A stretch of 64,000 nt of DNA. Source: an uncultured Bdellovibrionales bacterium. Lineage in GTDB: Bacteria > Pseudomonadota > Alphaproteobacteria > Micavibrionales > SZUA-601. This document shows, one piece after another, positions 9,370-19,454 of the stretch. A program made the translations under genes and the position numbers. The notes below the pieces were generated by a model. The model worked only from the letters and a program-made list of their open reading frames with translations. It was not told where the DNA came from and made no database searches. Numbering within the stretch: the first letter of the stretch is position 1; the number at the start of each line of letters is the position of its first letter. The stretch covers positions 5,806 to 69,805 of the forward strand of contig CAZBXD010000003.1 of NCBI GenBank assembly GCA_964496065.1, given 5' to 3'.

Positions 9370-11049
9370 TTAACTGTTTTGGCTTTCTTCTGCCAAAATA
9401 TCCTTGCGGGAGAGTTTGCCAACCATAGTTTTTGGGAGGGGTTTATCCCTAAATTCAACAATCTTTGGACGTTCCATCGGTGATAGATGATCCTTGAGAA
9501 ACTCGTTAAGTTCTTCCTTGGTCAAAGAATGTCCATCATGCAACTTAATCCATACTTTGACATTCTCACCACGATATTCATCCGGCACCCCAGCACAAAT
9601 ACATTCTTCGACCGCGGGATGTTTGTAGATCGCCTCTTCAACATTGCGGGGATAGATGTTATAGCCGCCAGCAATAATCAGATCTTTAATCCGATCAACG
9701 ATAAAAATATACCCCTGATCATCGATATAGCCGACATCGCCGGTATGGAGGCGTCCGTGTTTGATCGTCTCCTTGGTTTCCTTGCCTTTATTATAATAAC
9801 CGGCCATGACTTGTGGCCCTGAAATACAAATCTCTCCCTTTTCACCTTGCGGCATCAGCGTTTCACCATCTTCCGTCGAGATAATATCAATTTTTGTCCT
9901 CGGTAGCGGTAGGCCAATCGAGCCGGCCTTATTTTCTCCAACCGGAGGGTTACAGGCCACGACCGGTGAGGTCTCTGTCAACCCGTATCCTTCCACCAGG
10001 GTACATCCTGTCGCTTTTTCAAAATTTTCTCGAACATCGGCGGGTAATGGGGCACCACCAGAAATACAGAATTTAATCGAAGAGAGGTCATATTTATCGC
10101 GTTTTTTATGATTACTGATCGCGGCATAGATCGTCGGCACAGCAGAAAAGACCGTTGGTTTTTGCTTATCGATAATCTTCATCGTGTCGTCTAGGTTAAA
10201 TTTTGGCATGGCCAAAATCTTACCGCCCGTAGCGACGGCAAAGTTGAGAATCGCCGTCATCGCAAAGACATGGAAGAACGGTAGAATTGCTAGGAATACT
10301 TCTTCCCCATCAACCAGCGTAAAGCCCCAGAGCCGGGATTGTTGGGTATTGATCGTCAGATTGGCATGGGTCAGCATAGCACCTTTCGGGACACCGGTGG
10401 TGCCACCAGTATATTGGAGTAGAGCAATATCTTTCTCTGGATCAATCTCGACCGGATCAAAGGCTCCGTCATTTTTAATCAGGTCGTCATAAAAAACTGT
10501 TTGCTCACTGTGCCCAATCGTGGCAACCTCTCTCCGTTTAATGACGGGGTAAAGCATGTTTTTTGGAAATGGTAGAGATGCCGCCATCGGGCAGACAATA
10601 ATTTTCTTCAATCGAGTTTCGTCTAACATCGGTATGAGTTTGTCACAGAGAAGCTTAACATCCAGTGTGACCATAAAATCTGTATCACTATCGGTGATTT
10701 GATGTTTGACCTCATTGTGGGAATAGAGTGGGTTGAAATTGACCACCGTTGCACCAGCTTTTAGTGCCCCATAATAAAAAATTGGAAAATACGGACAATT
10801 GGGCAGGAAAAGACCAATTTTTGTTCCTTTCTTAACGCCCATTTTTTGGAGGCCTAACGCCACTCGGTTCGCACTATTGAGAAGGCTATGGTATTGTGTT
10901 GTTGCCCCTAAAAAATCAATCGCAATATTTCCGGGGAACCGATCCGCTGCTTCATCCAATAGACTGTAAACAGGCTTGCCTTCTAGAGGGGAAAACCAGT
11001 CAATTTCTTTTGGATAATGGGTAAGGATAGGGGTGTCGGTCATGATCAA
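9370..11049 (-). CDS. fadD: Long-chain-fatty-acid--CoA ligase (AMP-dependent synthetase)
   Basis: 559-aa ORF; AMP-binding motif YTGGTTGVPKGAMLTH; GYGLTETS; C-terminal GKLSRKD. Confidence 0.85.
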   Translation of the reverse strand: MIMTDTPILTHYPKEIDWFSPLEGKPVYSLLDEAADRFPGNIAIDFLGATTQYHSLLNSANRVALGLQKMGVKKGTKIGLFLPNCPYFPIFYYGALKAGATVVNFNPLYSHNEVKHQITDSDTDFMVTLDVKLLCDKLIPMLDETRLKKIIVCPMAASLPFPKNMLYPVIKRREVATIGHSEQTVFYDDLIKNDGAFDPVEIDPEKDIALLQYTGGTTGVPKGAMLTHANLTINTQQSRLWGFTLVDGEEVFLAILPFFHVFAMTAILNFAVATGGKILAMPKFNLDDTMKIIDKQKPTVFSAVPTIYAAISNHKKRDKYDLSSIKFCISGGAPLPADVRENFEKATGCTLVEGYGLTETSPVVACNPPVGENKAGSIGLPLPRTKIDIISTEDGETLMPQGEKGEICISGPQVMAGYYNKGKETKETIKHGRLHTGDVGYIDDQGYIFIVDRIKDLIIAGGYNIYPRNVEEAIYKHPAVEECICAGVPDEYRGENVKVWIKLHDGHSLTKEELNEFLKDHLSPMERPKIVEFRDKPLPKTMVGKLSRKDILAEESQNS

Positions 11050-11134
11050 TCCTGTTGCTGATTTTTAAATGTATGACAGTATAGACCTTAAAATGCTTTC
11101 AAATTCTAAACAAGGGCGGCATAATCCCCTGATC

Positions 11135-11575
11135 ATGGCGAAAAAAATTATATTATATACAGATGGCGCCTGTTCTGGGAATCCTGGCCCCGGCGGTTGG
11201 GGGGCCATTCTGCAATGGAATGGCCATGAAAAAGAACTTTCTGGCGGCGCATTGGAAACCACGAATAACCGCATGGAAATGCTGGCGGTGATTGAAGGGT
11301 TGAATGCCATTAAAAAGCCGGCTGAGGTTGAACTCTTCACCGATAGTAAATATGTCATGGATGGTGTAAATGAATGGTTAGAAGGGTGGAAAGCTCGTGG
11401 ATGGAAAACGGCCGCGAAGAAGCCTGTCAAAAACCAAGATTTGTGGGAACAAATTGATCAAGCCACTGCTCGCCATGTGATTCGGTGGTATTGGGTAAAA
11501 GGACATGATGGCAATGAGATGAATGAACGGGTTGATGCATTAGCGGTGAAAGCTCGAGAATCCCTTGTTGGTTAG
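11135..11575 (+). CDS. rnhA: Ribonuclease HI
   Basis: [23 protein letters not shown]..., [22 protein letters not shown]. Start moved to the internal ATG at 11135 that matches canonical RNase H N-termini. Confidence 0.9.
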   Translation: MAKKIILYTDGACSGNPGPGGWGAILQWNGHEKELSGGALETTNNRMEMLAVIEGLNAIKKPAEVELFTDSKYVMDGVNEWLEGWKARGWKTAAKKPVKNQDLWEQIDQATARHVIRWYWVKGHDGNEMNERVDALAVKARESLVG

Positions 11576-11614
11576 GTTTTTTTGGAATCAATCTTGTTCG
11601 GAACAACTATTTTC

Positions 11615-11643
11615 TTGACATAATCAACTAATTTAGTTAAAAT
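11615..11643 (+). promoter_or_regulatory. Near-consensus sigma-70-type promoter (TTGACA-N17-TAAAAT)
   Basis: TTGACA at 11615-11620, 17-nt spacer, TAAAAT at 11638-11643. A perfect 6-1-6 palindrome, TTGTTCGGAACAA (11594-11606), lies just upstream. Confidence 0.4.
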
Positions 11644-11725
11644 TTTATAGAATTCTTTACCTTTTATTGAGATATTGGGTATTAGGTTACATAAGAACAA
11701 TAATAATCAGAGGTTATCGCCAGAC

Positions 11726-12100
11726 ATGCCACCGCTTTACACCATGCCAATTCCGCCTCAAGAAGGAACGATTGATTCTGATTATTACCAGACTTTTGTC
11801 CGGTCCATGAACCGTGTGTCTGTCAAAAAGACAACGGATCGTATCCGCCAAGCGATTGAGCGCACGGCCGATGCCTGTGACACAAGCCCATCGCATATTG
11901 CCCGCATTCTCGTTGAATATGGTCTGCGGGCGCCACGCCACGTTTTTCCGACAGAATTTGTTTCTTTCATCGACGATCGCAGTAAGGTGCTCAAGCGCTT
12001 GCAACTGCCACTCGACGTTGAAATCACAGAACTAGCCCAGTTTTGGGCCGGTACAGCGGGGGTGAAGACCTCTGCGACCAAGGTTGTGGAGGCTGTCTAA
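11726..12100 (+). CDS. Hypothetical protein (own promoter and terminator)
   Basis: ORF of 124 aa from the ATG at 11726 (the ORF track starts at TTG 11675). No recognisable family; possible helix-turn-helix-like stretch SPSHIARILVEYGL. Confidence 0.45.
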   Translation: MPPLYTMPIPPQEGTIDSDYYQTFVRSMNRVSVKKTTDRIRQAIERTADACDTSPSHIARILVEYGLRAPRHVFPTEFVSFIDDRSKVLKRLQLPLDVEITELAQFWAGTAGVKTSATKVVEAV

Positions 12101-12165
12101 CGAGAGAGGGCAGCTTTTATACTTGGTTTTTCTCCTAAAATCCTCACACATGCGAATGTGACTTA

Positions 12166-12192
12166 ACGCTCCCCCAGGGGAGCGTTTTTTTA
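12166..12192 (+). terminator. Rho-independent terminator
   Basis: ACGCTCCC-ccag-GGGAGCGT stem-loop followed by TTTTTTT. Confidence 0.6.
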
Positions 12193-12242
12193 TTGGTATC
12201 TTGCGGTTGCACTAGAGTAGTAAATCCCGTAAATTAAGTATT

Positions 12243-14501
12243 ATGAAGCAAGAACAAAACCAAAACATTGCTGGTAAGCCGCCGTATCTTTCAACCTTGA
12301 ACCCTGCGCAACGCGAGGCGGTTGAGATGATTGAGGGACCGGTCCTTGTTTTGGCTGGGGCTGGGACGGGTAAAACCCGGGCGTTGACTACGCGTTTGGG
12401 TCATATTCTGGCCACCCGTCGCGCGGTACCGGGACAGATATTGTCTGTCACTTTTACCAATAAAGCGGCGAGAGAGATGAAAAATCGCGTCTCGAAAATG
12501 TTGGGTGATATTGATGTTGAGGGTTGGTGGCTCGGTACATTTCACTCCCTTTCGGCGCGGATGCTCCGTCGGCATGCCGATTTGGTTGGGATTAAATCGA
12601 ATTTCACAATCCTCGATGATGATGATCAACTGCGTCTCATTAAACAAATTATGCAAGCCAACGGGATTGATACCAAGGCGACCAATCCGAAATTGGTCCA
12701 GGCGGTGATTGATCGCTGGAAAAACCAGGCGCTAAGCCCCGAGCTTATCGGTCATGTTGGCGCGAATGAAAAAGGGGTTGATAAAATCTCCTTGGTTAAG
12801 CTCGTTGATCTTTATAGTCAGTATCAGACACGCCTGCAAACGCTCAATGCCTGTGATTTTGGGGATTTACTGTTGCATATGATTACGATCTTTAAAGATA
12901 CACGCAATGGTGTGCTTGAGCAGTATCATTCCCGCTTTCATTATGTTCTTGTCGATGAGTATCAAGATACCAATCAGGCACAATACCAATGGCTGCGTCT
13001 TTTGGCACAAAAGCATAAAAATATTTGCTGTGTCGGCGATGATGATCAATCGATCTATGGTTGGCGCGGCGCGGAAGTGGGCAATATTCTCAAATTTGAG
13101 CAGGATTTTCCGGGTGCAAAGGTAATCCGATTAGAACAAAACTATCGTTCCACCCCCCATATTTTGGGGGCAGCGAATGGCCTGATTGCCAAAAACACCG
13201 GGCGTTTGGGTAAAGATCTGTGGACAGATATTGATACCGGCGAGCGCGTGCAGATCAATGGTGTTTGGGATGGAGATGCAGAAGCGCGCCTAATCTGTGA
13301 TACAATTGAAGATTTTCAGCGTAAAGGCACATCCCTAGAAGAGATGGCGGTTTTAGTGCGTGCCTCCTCCCAAATGCGCAGTTTTGAAGAACGGTTTAAC
13401 ACGACCGGTATTCAGTATCGTGTCATCGGTGGTCCGCGCTTTTATGAGCGCCGGGAAATTCGTGATGCGATTGCCTATCTGCGTGTTATTGCACAGCCCG
13501 ATGATGATCTTGCACTGGAGCGCATTATCAATGTGCCGAAACGGGGGATTGGACAAAAAGCCCTGCAGACCCTTTATAATGCCGCGCGGGCGATGAATAC
13601 TTCCCTCTATGTGGCGGTGGAACAATTGATTGAAACGGATGAATTGGCGCCGAGGCTGCGGACAACTTTAACAGCACTTGTCAATGATTTTAAACGTTGG
13701 CGTTCTATGGTTGATACCGATGATCATGCCGAATTAGCGGGCGTTATTTTGGATGAAGCTGGCTATACCAAGATGTGGCAGGAAGATAAATCTCCTGATG
13801 CGCCGGGTCGTCTCGATAACCTCAAAGAATTGATCAATGCGATGGCGGAGTTTGAAAATTTAGCTGGGTTTTTGGAACATATTTCGCTCGTCATGGAAAA
13901 TCAGGAATCACATGATGGTGATAAGGTAACCTTGATGACGCTCCATGCGGCCAAGGGCTTGGAGTTTGATATGGTTTTCCTCCCCGGTTGGGAAGAGGGA
14001 CTTTTTCCGTCACAGCGCTCTATGGATAATAATGGTTTAGCTGGGCTGGAAGAGGAACGCCGCCTTGCCTATGTTGGGATTACGCGCGCGCGGCGTTATG
14101 CGGCAATCTCGCATGCGGCAAATCGACGCACCTATGGGCAATGGCTCAGTGCCATCCCGTCACGTTTTGTGGCTGAATTACCACCCGCCCATATTGAGGA
14201 AGCACAGAGTGTTGTTGGTGGGATGGGCGGTGGCTTTAGTGAGTTTGCCCAGACCCAATCTTGGGGGCAAAAGAAGTCTTTTAGCCGGTCACGTGCTCCC
14301 ACGATTGAAGGCACCGCAAGTGTTTATGTTGATCGGACAAGCTCAGGGGGATTTAAAAACGGCGAACGCGTGTTTCACCAAAAATTTGGCTATGGTCGTG
14401 TTAATGCGGTTGATGGCGATAAGCTTGAGATTGTCTTTGAGAAGGCCGGATTTAAAAAGGTGATTGATCGTTTTGTTGTACCCGCCGATCAAGCGGGGTA
14501 A
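12243..14501 (+). CDS. uvrD: ATP-dependent DNA helicase, UvrD/PcrA/Rep family
   Basis: 752-aa ORF; GAGTGKT Walker A, VDEYQDTN, QNYRS, TLHAAKGLEF helicase motifs. Confidence 0.9.
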   Translation: MKQEQNQNIAGKPPYLSTLNPAQREAVEMIEGPVLVLAGAGTGKTRALTTRLGHILATRRAVPGQILSVTFTNKAAREMKNRVSKMLGDIDVEGWWLGTFHSLSARMLRRHADLVGIKSNFTILDDDDQLRLIKQIMQANGIDTKATNPKLVQAVIDRWKNQALSPELIGHVGANEKGVDKISLVKLVDLYSQYQTRLQTLNACDFGDLLLHMITIFKDTRNGVLEQYHSRFHYVLVDEYQDTNQAQYQWLRLLAQKHKNICCVGDDDQSIYGWRGAEVGNILKFEQDFPGAKVIRLEQNYRSTPHILGAANGLIAKNTGRLGKDLWTDIDTGERVQINGVWDGDAEARLICDTIEDFQRKGTSLEEMAVLVRASSQMRSFEERFNTTGIQYRVIGGPRFYERREIRDAIAYLRVIAQPDDDLALERIINVPKRGIGQKALQTLYNAARAMNTSLYVAVEQLIETDELAPRLRTTLTALVNDFKRWRSMVDTDDHAELAGVILDEAGYTKMWQEDKSPDAPGRLDNLKELINAMAEFENLAGFLEHISLVMENQESHDGDKVTLMTLHAAKGLEFDMVFLPGWEEGLFPSQRSMDNNGLAGLEEERRLAYVGITRARRYAAISHAANRRTYGQWLSAIPSRFVAELPPAHIEEAQSVVGGMGGGFSEFAQTQSWGQKKSFSRSRAPTIEGTASVYVDRTSSGGFKNGERVFHQKFGYGRVNAVDGDKLEIVFEKAGFKKVIDRFVVPADQAG

Positions 14502-14513
14502 GATGCTCTTATT

Positions 14514-15392
14514 GTGACCCAAATTTGGAAAGCGACATTTACGCTCATTGGGAATGAGATTGATGGTATTGAACATCAATTGTGGGACGTTTTTGAAAAC
14601 CTTTTTATTTATCACCCTGATGATCAGGATGCGCGATTGTCTGTTGAGATCACCTATCACGGCGATCAAAATAAAATAGGGATTGAGGAAAAACTCAAAG
14701 ATATTTGTGCCAATGCCAATATTCCGGTGCCCAATATTTCTTTCTCACCTGTGCCGGATATTAATTGGCTTAAACATGTCTATGATTTACGCGTCCCGAT
14801 TGAGGCGGGGCGCTTTTTTATTCACGGCGGGCATATTACCGATTATCCAAAAGATAAAGTAGAGATTTTGATTAACGCAGCGACCGCGTTTGGGACGGGC
14901 GAACATGCCACAACAAAGGGGTGTTTACTTGCCCTCGATGATTTCTTGTCAAACCATCCATTTAAAAAGGTTTTGGATATGGGCTGCGGGTCGGGCGTGT
15001 TAGCGATCGCCGCAGCAAAAGTCCTAAAGCATCCGATTCTAGCGGTTGATTGTGAAGAGGAAGCGGTGCATGTCACGCAGAAAAATGCAGATCTCAACAA
15101 TGTTGTCCCATGGGTAACAGCCATTCATAGTCAGGGGTTTGATAATTCTGACATTCATGGCTCTTATGATCTTATTCTGGCGAATATTTTATTTGCCCCC
15201 CTCATTAATATGGCGGGGGATATTAAAAAACATATGGCTGAAAACGGTATTTTGGTTCTTTCAGGTATTTTACAGACGCAGGAAGAGAGAATTCGAGCGG
15301 TTTATGAACCGTTAGGATTTATTATGTTAGAAACATATCCGATAGAGGAATGGCAGACAGTGGTATTCAAAAATGACACAGCAAAAAATTGA
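14514..15392 (+). CDS. prmA: Ribosomal protein L11 methyltransferase
   Basis: 292-aa ORF (GTG start); FGTGEHATT and DMGCGSGVLAIAA SAM-binding motifs. Confidence 0.8.
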   Translation: MTQIWKATFTLIGNEIDGIEHQLWDVFENLFIYHPDDQDARLSVEITYHGDQNKIGIEEKLKDICANANIPVPNISFSPVPDINWLKHVYDLRVPIEAGRFFIHGGHITDYPKDKVEILINAATAFGTGEHATTKGCLLALDDFLSNHPFKKVLDMGCGSGVLAIAAAKVLKHPILAVDCEEEAVHVTQKNADLNNVVPWVTAIHSQGFDNSDIHGSYDLILANILFAPLINMAGDIKKHMAENGILVLSGILQTQEERIRAVYEPLGFIMLETYPIEEWQTVVFKNDTAKN

Positions 15393-17136
15393 TCCCCTTC
15401 GACAATGGATGAAAAAAGAAAAGCTCGATGCTTTTTTGGTGCCACACGCTGATATGTTTCAAGGTGAATTTGTTGCGCCGTGTGATGAGCGTCTTGAATG
15501 GCTAACGGGATTTACCGGATCAGCGGGGTTAGCGATTATTTGTGATAAAACAGCCGGATTATTTGTTGATGGACGCTACACCTTGCAAGCGCCAAAACAG
15601 GTTGATACTGATATTTTTGAAATTTGCCAAGTTCCGCAAGTAAAACCAGCTCACTGGATTAGACAAGTTTTAACAGCTGGTGGGATTGTGGCGTTTGACG
15701 CTTGGTTGCATCCTTTGGCCCATATTCGTGCCTATAAAAAAGCCTTTGATTTTTCTGGGATTATTATGAAGGCGCTGGATCATAACCCGCTTGATGATTT
15801 GTGGGCGGAGCGCCCCCCACGTGAGCAAACACCGATCTGGGTGCATGATCTCGCATATGCTGGGCAGTCCAGCGAAGAAAAACTTAAAGCGATCAAAGAT
15901 GAGTTGATTACAAAAAATGGTGATGCGGTTCTGATCACTGATCCTGAATCGGTGTCCTGGCTCTTTAATATTCGGGGGTCAGATGTGCCGCATACCCCAT
16001 TGGTACATGCCTTTGCCTGGATCACAACCCAGGGGGATGATACGTTATTTCTTGACCCTGTTAAAATTACTGATGATGTTAGAGAGAGGCTTGGTGATCT
16101 AAAAATTGATGACTTAGGAGATATTGAAACACGCATTAAATCAATTTCAGAATTGGGATCAACGGTGCAGATTGATGCCAAAAATTGTCCTTATGCGCTT
16201 TATACTGTCTTAACAAGTTCTGGCGTATCTCTCAGGGAAGCAGATGATCCATGTGCCTTGTTAAAGGCGTGCAAAAATGAAGTAGAAATAGAAGGTGCAC
16301 GCCAAGCCCATATCCAAGACGGTGTGGCCCTGGTTAAATTTCTCCACTGGCTTGACCAGAAAGCACCGAAAGGTGAGTTGGATGAGTTAACCGTTATTGA
16401 TAAGCTGCATATTTTTCGCTCAGAGCGCGAGGAGTTTATCACGGATAGTTTTGGAACGATCGCCGGTTTTGGTCCAAACGGTGCTTTTATTCATTATGAG
16501 GCAACAAAAGAAACAAATTTACAGATTAAAAATGGTAGTCTCCTTTCTGTTGATAGTGGTGGACAATATCACAGCGGCACAACGGATATTACCCGAACGG
16601 TTGCTATCGGTACCCCAACGAATGAGATGAAAGATCGTTTTACCCGCGTTTTAAAGGGTATGATCGCGGTCACGCAGGTACGGTTTCCTGTTGGTACAAC
16701 GGGGACATCGCTTGATCCCCTTGCACGTCATTCTTTATGGGCGGCGGGTTTGGATTATGCGCATGGCACGGGGCATGGCGTGGGGAGTTTCCTTGGTGTG
16801 CATGAAGGGCCGCAGGGGATATCATCTCGTTCACAAACGCCTTTCAAGCCAGGGATGATCCTCTCGAATGAGCCGGGCTATTACAAAGAAGGTGAATACG
16901 GTATCCGCATTGAAAACCTGATTGTTGTGGTTGAAGATAAAAAAGAAGGCGATGAATTGCCGATGCTTTGCTTTGAGACCCTGACCCTGGCACCGATTGA
17001 CAAGCGGCTTATTGATAAAGACCTTTTGAGTGATAAAGAAAAACTCTGGTTGTCAGAGTATCATAAACGCGTTGTTGATGCGTTGAGTGATCATTTAAGT
17101 GCGGAAGAGAAAGCTTGGTTAGCGGATTGTTTTTAA
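15373..17136 (+). CDS. pepP: Xaa-Pro aminopeptidase (M24B family with creatinase-like N-terminal domains)
   Basis: 587-aa ORF; metal ligand motifs DSGGQY, HGTGHGVG, NEPGYY, IRIEN. Confidence 0.8.
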   Translation: MTQQKIDPLRQWMKKEKLDAFLVPHADMFQGEFVAPCDERLEWLTGFTGSAGLAIICDKTAGLFVDGRYTLQAPKQVDTDIFEICQVPQVKPAHWIRQVLTAGGIVAFDAWLHPLAHIRAYKKAFDFSGIIMKALDHNPLDDLWAERPPREQTPIWVHDLAYAGQSSEEKLKAIKDELITKNGDAVLITDPESVSWLFNIRGSDVPHTPLVHAFAWITTQGDDTLFLDPVKITDDVRERLGDLKIDDLGDIETRIKSISELGSTVQIDAKNCPYALYTVLTSSGVSLREADDPCALLKACKNEVEIEGARQAHIQDGVALVKFLHWLDQKAPKGELDELTVIDKLHIFRSEREEFITDSFGTIAGFGPNGAFIHYEATKETNLQIKNGSLLSVDSGGQYHSGTTDITRTVAIGTPTNEMKDRFTRVLKGMIAVTQVRFPVGTTGTSLDPLARHSLWAAGLDYAHGTGHGVGSFLGVHEGPQGISSRSQTPFKPGMILSNEPGYYKEGEYGIRIENLIVVVEDKKEGDELPMLCFETLTLAPIDKRLIDKDLLSDKEKLWLSEYHKRVVDALSDHLSAEEKAWLADCF

Positions 17137-17835
17137 AAACTTTGGCAAGTCAGAAAATTTTTCAATTTTATGAAATGTTTTTCCTTTTATATCATCTTCA
17201 TGAGCCATTTCGTAATCCCAGCTATGTCCTCGACATGGGATATGGATCGCTTCTGCGCCTAATTCTACCACGGGAAGAATATCGGATTTAAGAGAATTAC
17301 CGATCATACAAAACGTATTTTTATCGATATTATTTTTACTCAAAACTTCCTCATAGTGTTCAATATCTTTGTCATACATGATTTCAAGTCCATCAAAAAA
17401 GTGTTCTAGGCCAGAATTTTTGAATTTTGGCCTTTGTTCACCCGGATGACCCTTAGTGAGAGCTAAAAGACGGTAATTTTTAGCCAAATTTTCTAGCGTT
17501 TTAATCACACCATCATAGGGTTTAAGGGTTAATTTGGGGATTTTGTGGCATTCCGTTTTAATAAAATCAATATCTTGTTTATCAATGGAGCCTTTGACCT
17601 CAATGAGTGCGTAAATAGCTGACTTTTCGAGCATAATGTAGCCAACACCCTGTAAGGCAATTCTTTGCCTCATGTGCTGTCCAAGAAGGTTAAAAGCATG
17701 TTCTTCGCATTGAATATGACTAGATTGGCCAATATAACGCGCTAATGATCGTTTGATTTCGAGATAATAGCCTGTGAGAGGCCACAGTGTATCGTCACAG
17801 TCGATACCAAGTGTTGTTAGTTCTTTAATGGACAT
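17119..17835 (-). CDS. HAD superfamily hydrolase
   Basis: 238-aa ORF; N-terminal DCDDT (DxDxT) motif. Its 3' end overlaps the pepP 3' end by 18 nt (convergent). Confidence 0.6.
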   Translation of the reverse strand: MSIKELTTLGIDCDDTLWPLTGYYLEIKRSLARYIGQSSHIQCEEHAFNLLGQHMRQRIALQGVGYIMLEKSAIYALIEVKGSIDKQDIDFIKTECHKIPKLTLKPYDGVIKTLENLAKNYRLLALTKGHPGEQRPKFKNSGLEHFFDGLEIMYDKDIEHYEEVLSKNNIDKNTFCMIGNSLKSDILPVVELGAEAIHIPCRGHSWDYEMAHEDDIKGKTFHKIEKFSDLPKFLKTIR

Positions 17836-17863
17836 GGATCAGTTTTAGCAGGCTTTTACAAAT

Positions 17864-17896
17864 AAAAAAACCCGTCGGGTTTCCGAACGGGTTTTT
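17864..17896 (-). terminator. Rho-independent terminator downstream of rpsU
   Basis: The minus strand reads AAACCC-gac-GGGTTT (or ACCCGT...ACGGGT) followed by TTTTTTT. Confidence 0.6.
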
Positions 17897-17922
17897 CCAA
17901 TTAGTTCAATCTGTGAAACCGA

Positions 17923-18138
17923 TTAAAAGCCGTCGCGGTCGCGACGTTTTCGGTCCAGCTTGCGCTGGCGACGAACGGCTTCATTGAGGCGGCGGGCCTT
18001 GACTTCAGACGGCTTTTCAAAATGTTTGCGCCGTTTGATTTCACGGTAGATCCCTTCACGTTGCATCTTTTTCTTCAATGCACGCAAGCCTTGATCCAGA
18101 TCGTTGTTGCGAATAACTACCTGTACGATAGCTCTCAC
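17923..18138 (-). CDS. rpsU: 30S ribosomal protein S21
   Basis: 71-aa basic [27 protein letters not shown]... Confidence 0.95.
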   Translation of the reverse strand: MRAIVQVVIRNNDLDQGLRALKKKMQREGIYREIKRRKHFEKPSEVKARRLNEAVRRQRKLDRKRRDRDGF

Positions 18139-18201
18139 ATCCTTTCTATGTTATAGTTATAATATCGTGGGTTACCCCGCGAATAGGGCGGATTCATAGC
18201 A

Positions 18202-18816
18202 TTGATCGAGGGTTTTGTGAAGAAAAAAGTGACCATTGAGCGGATTCAGCACGATATTGTGCAAAAAGCCTTACCCCATGTTCCTTTTGATGGGTGGACA
18301 GAAACTGTTTTTAATCGCGCCGTTGCAGAAACAGAATATTCCTCAGATCTCGTGCAAGTAGCTTTTCCAAGACGCGTTCAAGACCTCATTTTTGCTTTTG
18401 CCCGTTTTATTGATAAAGAAACCGCCAGCGCTTTAGCAAAAGGATCAATACAGGATATGCGCGTGCGTGATCGTATTAAAATTGGGGTACAGACACGTCT
18501 TAAAGTTTTGGCATCTTATCGTGAAGCAGAACGATTAGCTGTTGGGTTTTATGTGTTGCCTATCCATACTAGACATGGGCTGAAATCTGTATGGCAAACC
18601 GCGGATCTGATTTGGGATTTTGCTGGTGACACTGCGACCGATTATAATCGGTATACGAAACGCGCATTATTAAGCAGTGTTTTAGTCAAGGTAACGCTTT
18701 TCTGGCTTCAAGATGAATCTGATGCTTATCAAGAGACAGACGCATTTTTAGATCGCCAGATTGATCGTGTTCTTACAGTCGGAAAGACTGTGGCACGGGT
18801 TAAGAGCTTTTTTTAA
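18202..18816 (+). CDS. COQ9-family protein (the rpsU-divergently-transcribed protein of Alphaproteobacteria)
   Basis: 204-aa ORF divergent from rpsU. Both the arrangement and the protein family are characteristic of Alphaproteobacteria. Confidence 0.7.
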   Translation: MIEGFVKKKVTIERIQHDIVQKALPHVPFDGWTETVFNRAVAETEYSSDLVQVAFPRRVQDLIFAFARFIDKETASALAKGSIQDMRVRDRIKIGVQTRLKVLASYREAERLAVGFYVLPIHTRHGLKSVWQTADLIWDFAGDTATDYNRYTKRALLSSVLVKVTLFWLQDESDAYQETDAFLDRQIDRVLTVGKTVARVKSFF

Positions 18817-18852
18817 AGGCTTTGAATTAGGGTGATGAGTAGCCTTGTCTTC

Positions 18853-19302
18853 TTAAGCATAAGAAGGACTGGCATATTCATTGTTGAAATTTGGGGTAAT
18901 CGTTTCTTCAACTTTTTTCATGAGGGCAGGCGGTGGCGCAACATATTTTTTTAAAGCGATAATTTTTTCCTCCGTTGATTTGCCCCGATTAATATTAATT
19001 AATGTCCGCTGTTTTGGATGGAGTTGTTTTTCAAGGAAAGTATTAATTTTACCGTAGTTGTGCAACCCGTATAGGCGCCATGCCTCAATCCAGTGGATAG
19101 GGGACATGGTATTTTTGGCAATTTTAGTAATACGCATTGTTGTATAGATTTCATTGATCAGAGATGGGTCAACGCCAATAAAATCATGCTCAGCCATGAT
19201 TCTTATATCGGCGTCGATTCCTGATCTTAAACTACGAAAGGCACTTGCCATTGTTTTAATCTCCTCAAACACACCAGCTCTTATGCTGTTCTTACTTACC
19301 AT
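18853..19302 (-). CDS. Hypothetical protein at the edge of the tad locus
   Basis: 149-aa ORF with no recognisable family, preceded by a very AT-rich 152-bp spacer. Confidence 0.4.
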   Translation of the reverse strand: MVSKNSIRAGVFEEIKTMASAFRSLRSGIDADIRIMAEHDFIGVDPSLINEIYTTMRITKIAKNTMSPIHWIEAWRLYGLHNYGKINTFLEKQLHPKQRTLININRGKSTEEKIIALKKYVAPPPALMKKVEETITPNFNNEYASPSYA

Positions 19303-19454
19303 TATATTGCCACAATCGTTAATATCGGGTTATTTATGTAAAATTTTATATGATTTTTCTTTTATTTTTAGAGAGAATCATATGCACCTATATTATTTAC
19401 ATAATTATTAATATTTGGTTTATAATATGGGAAATATTTTTAGTAGTAATCTTA

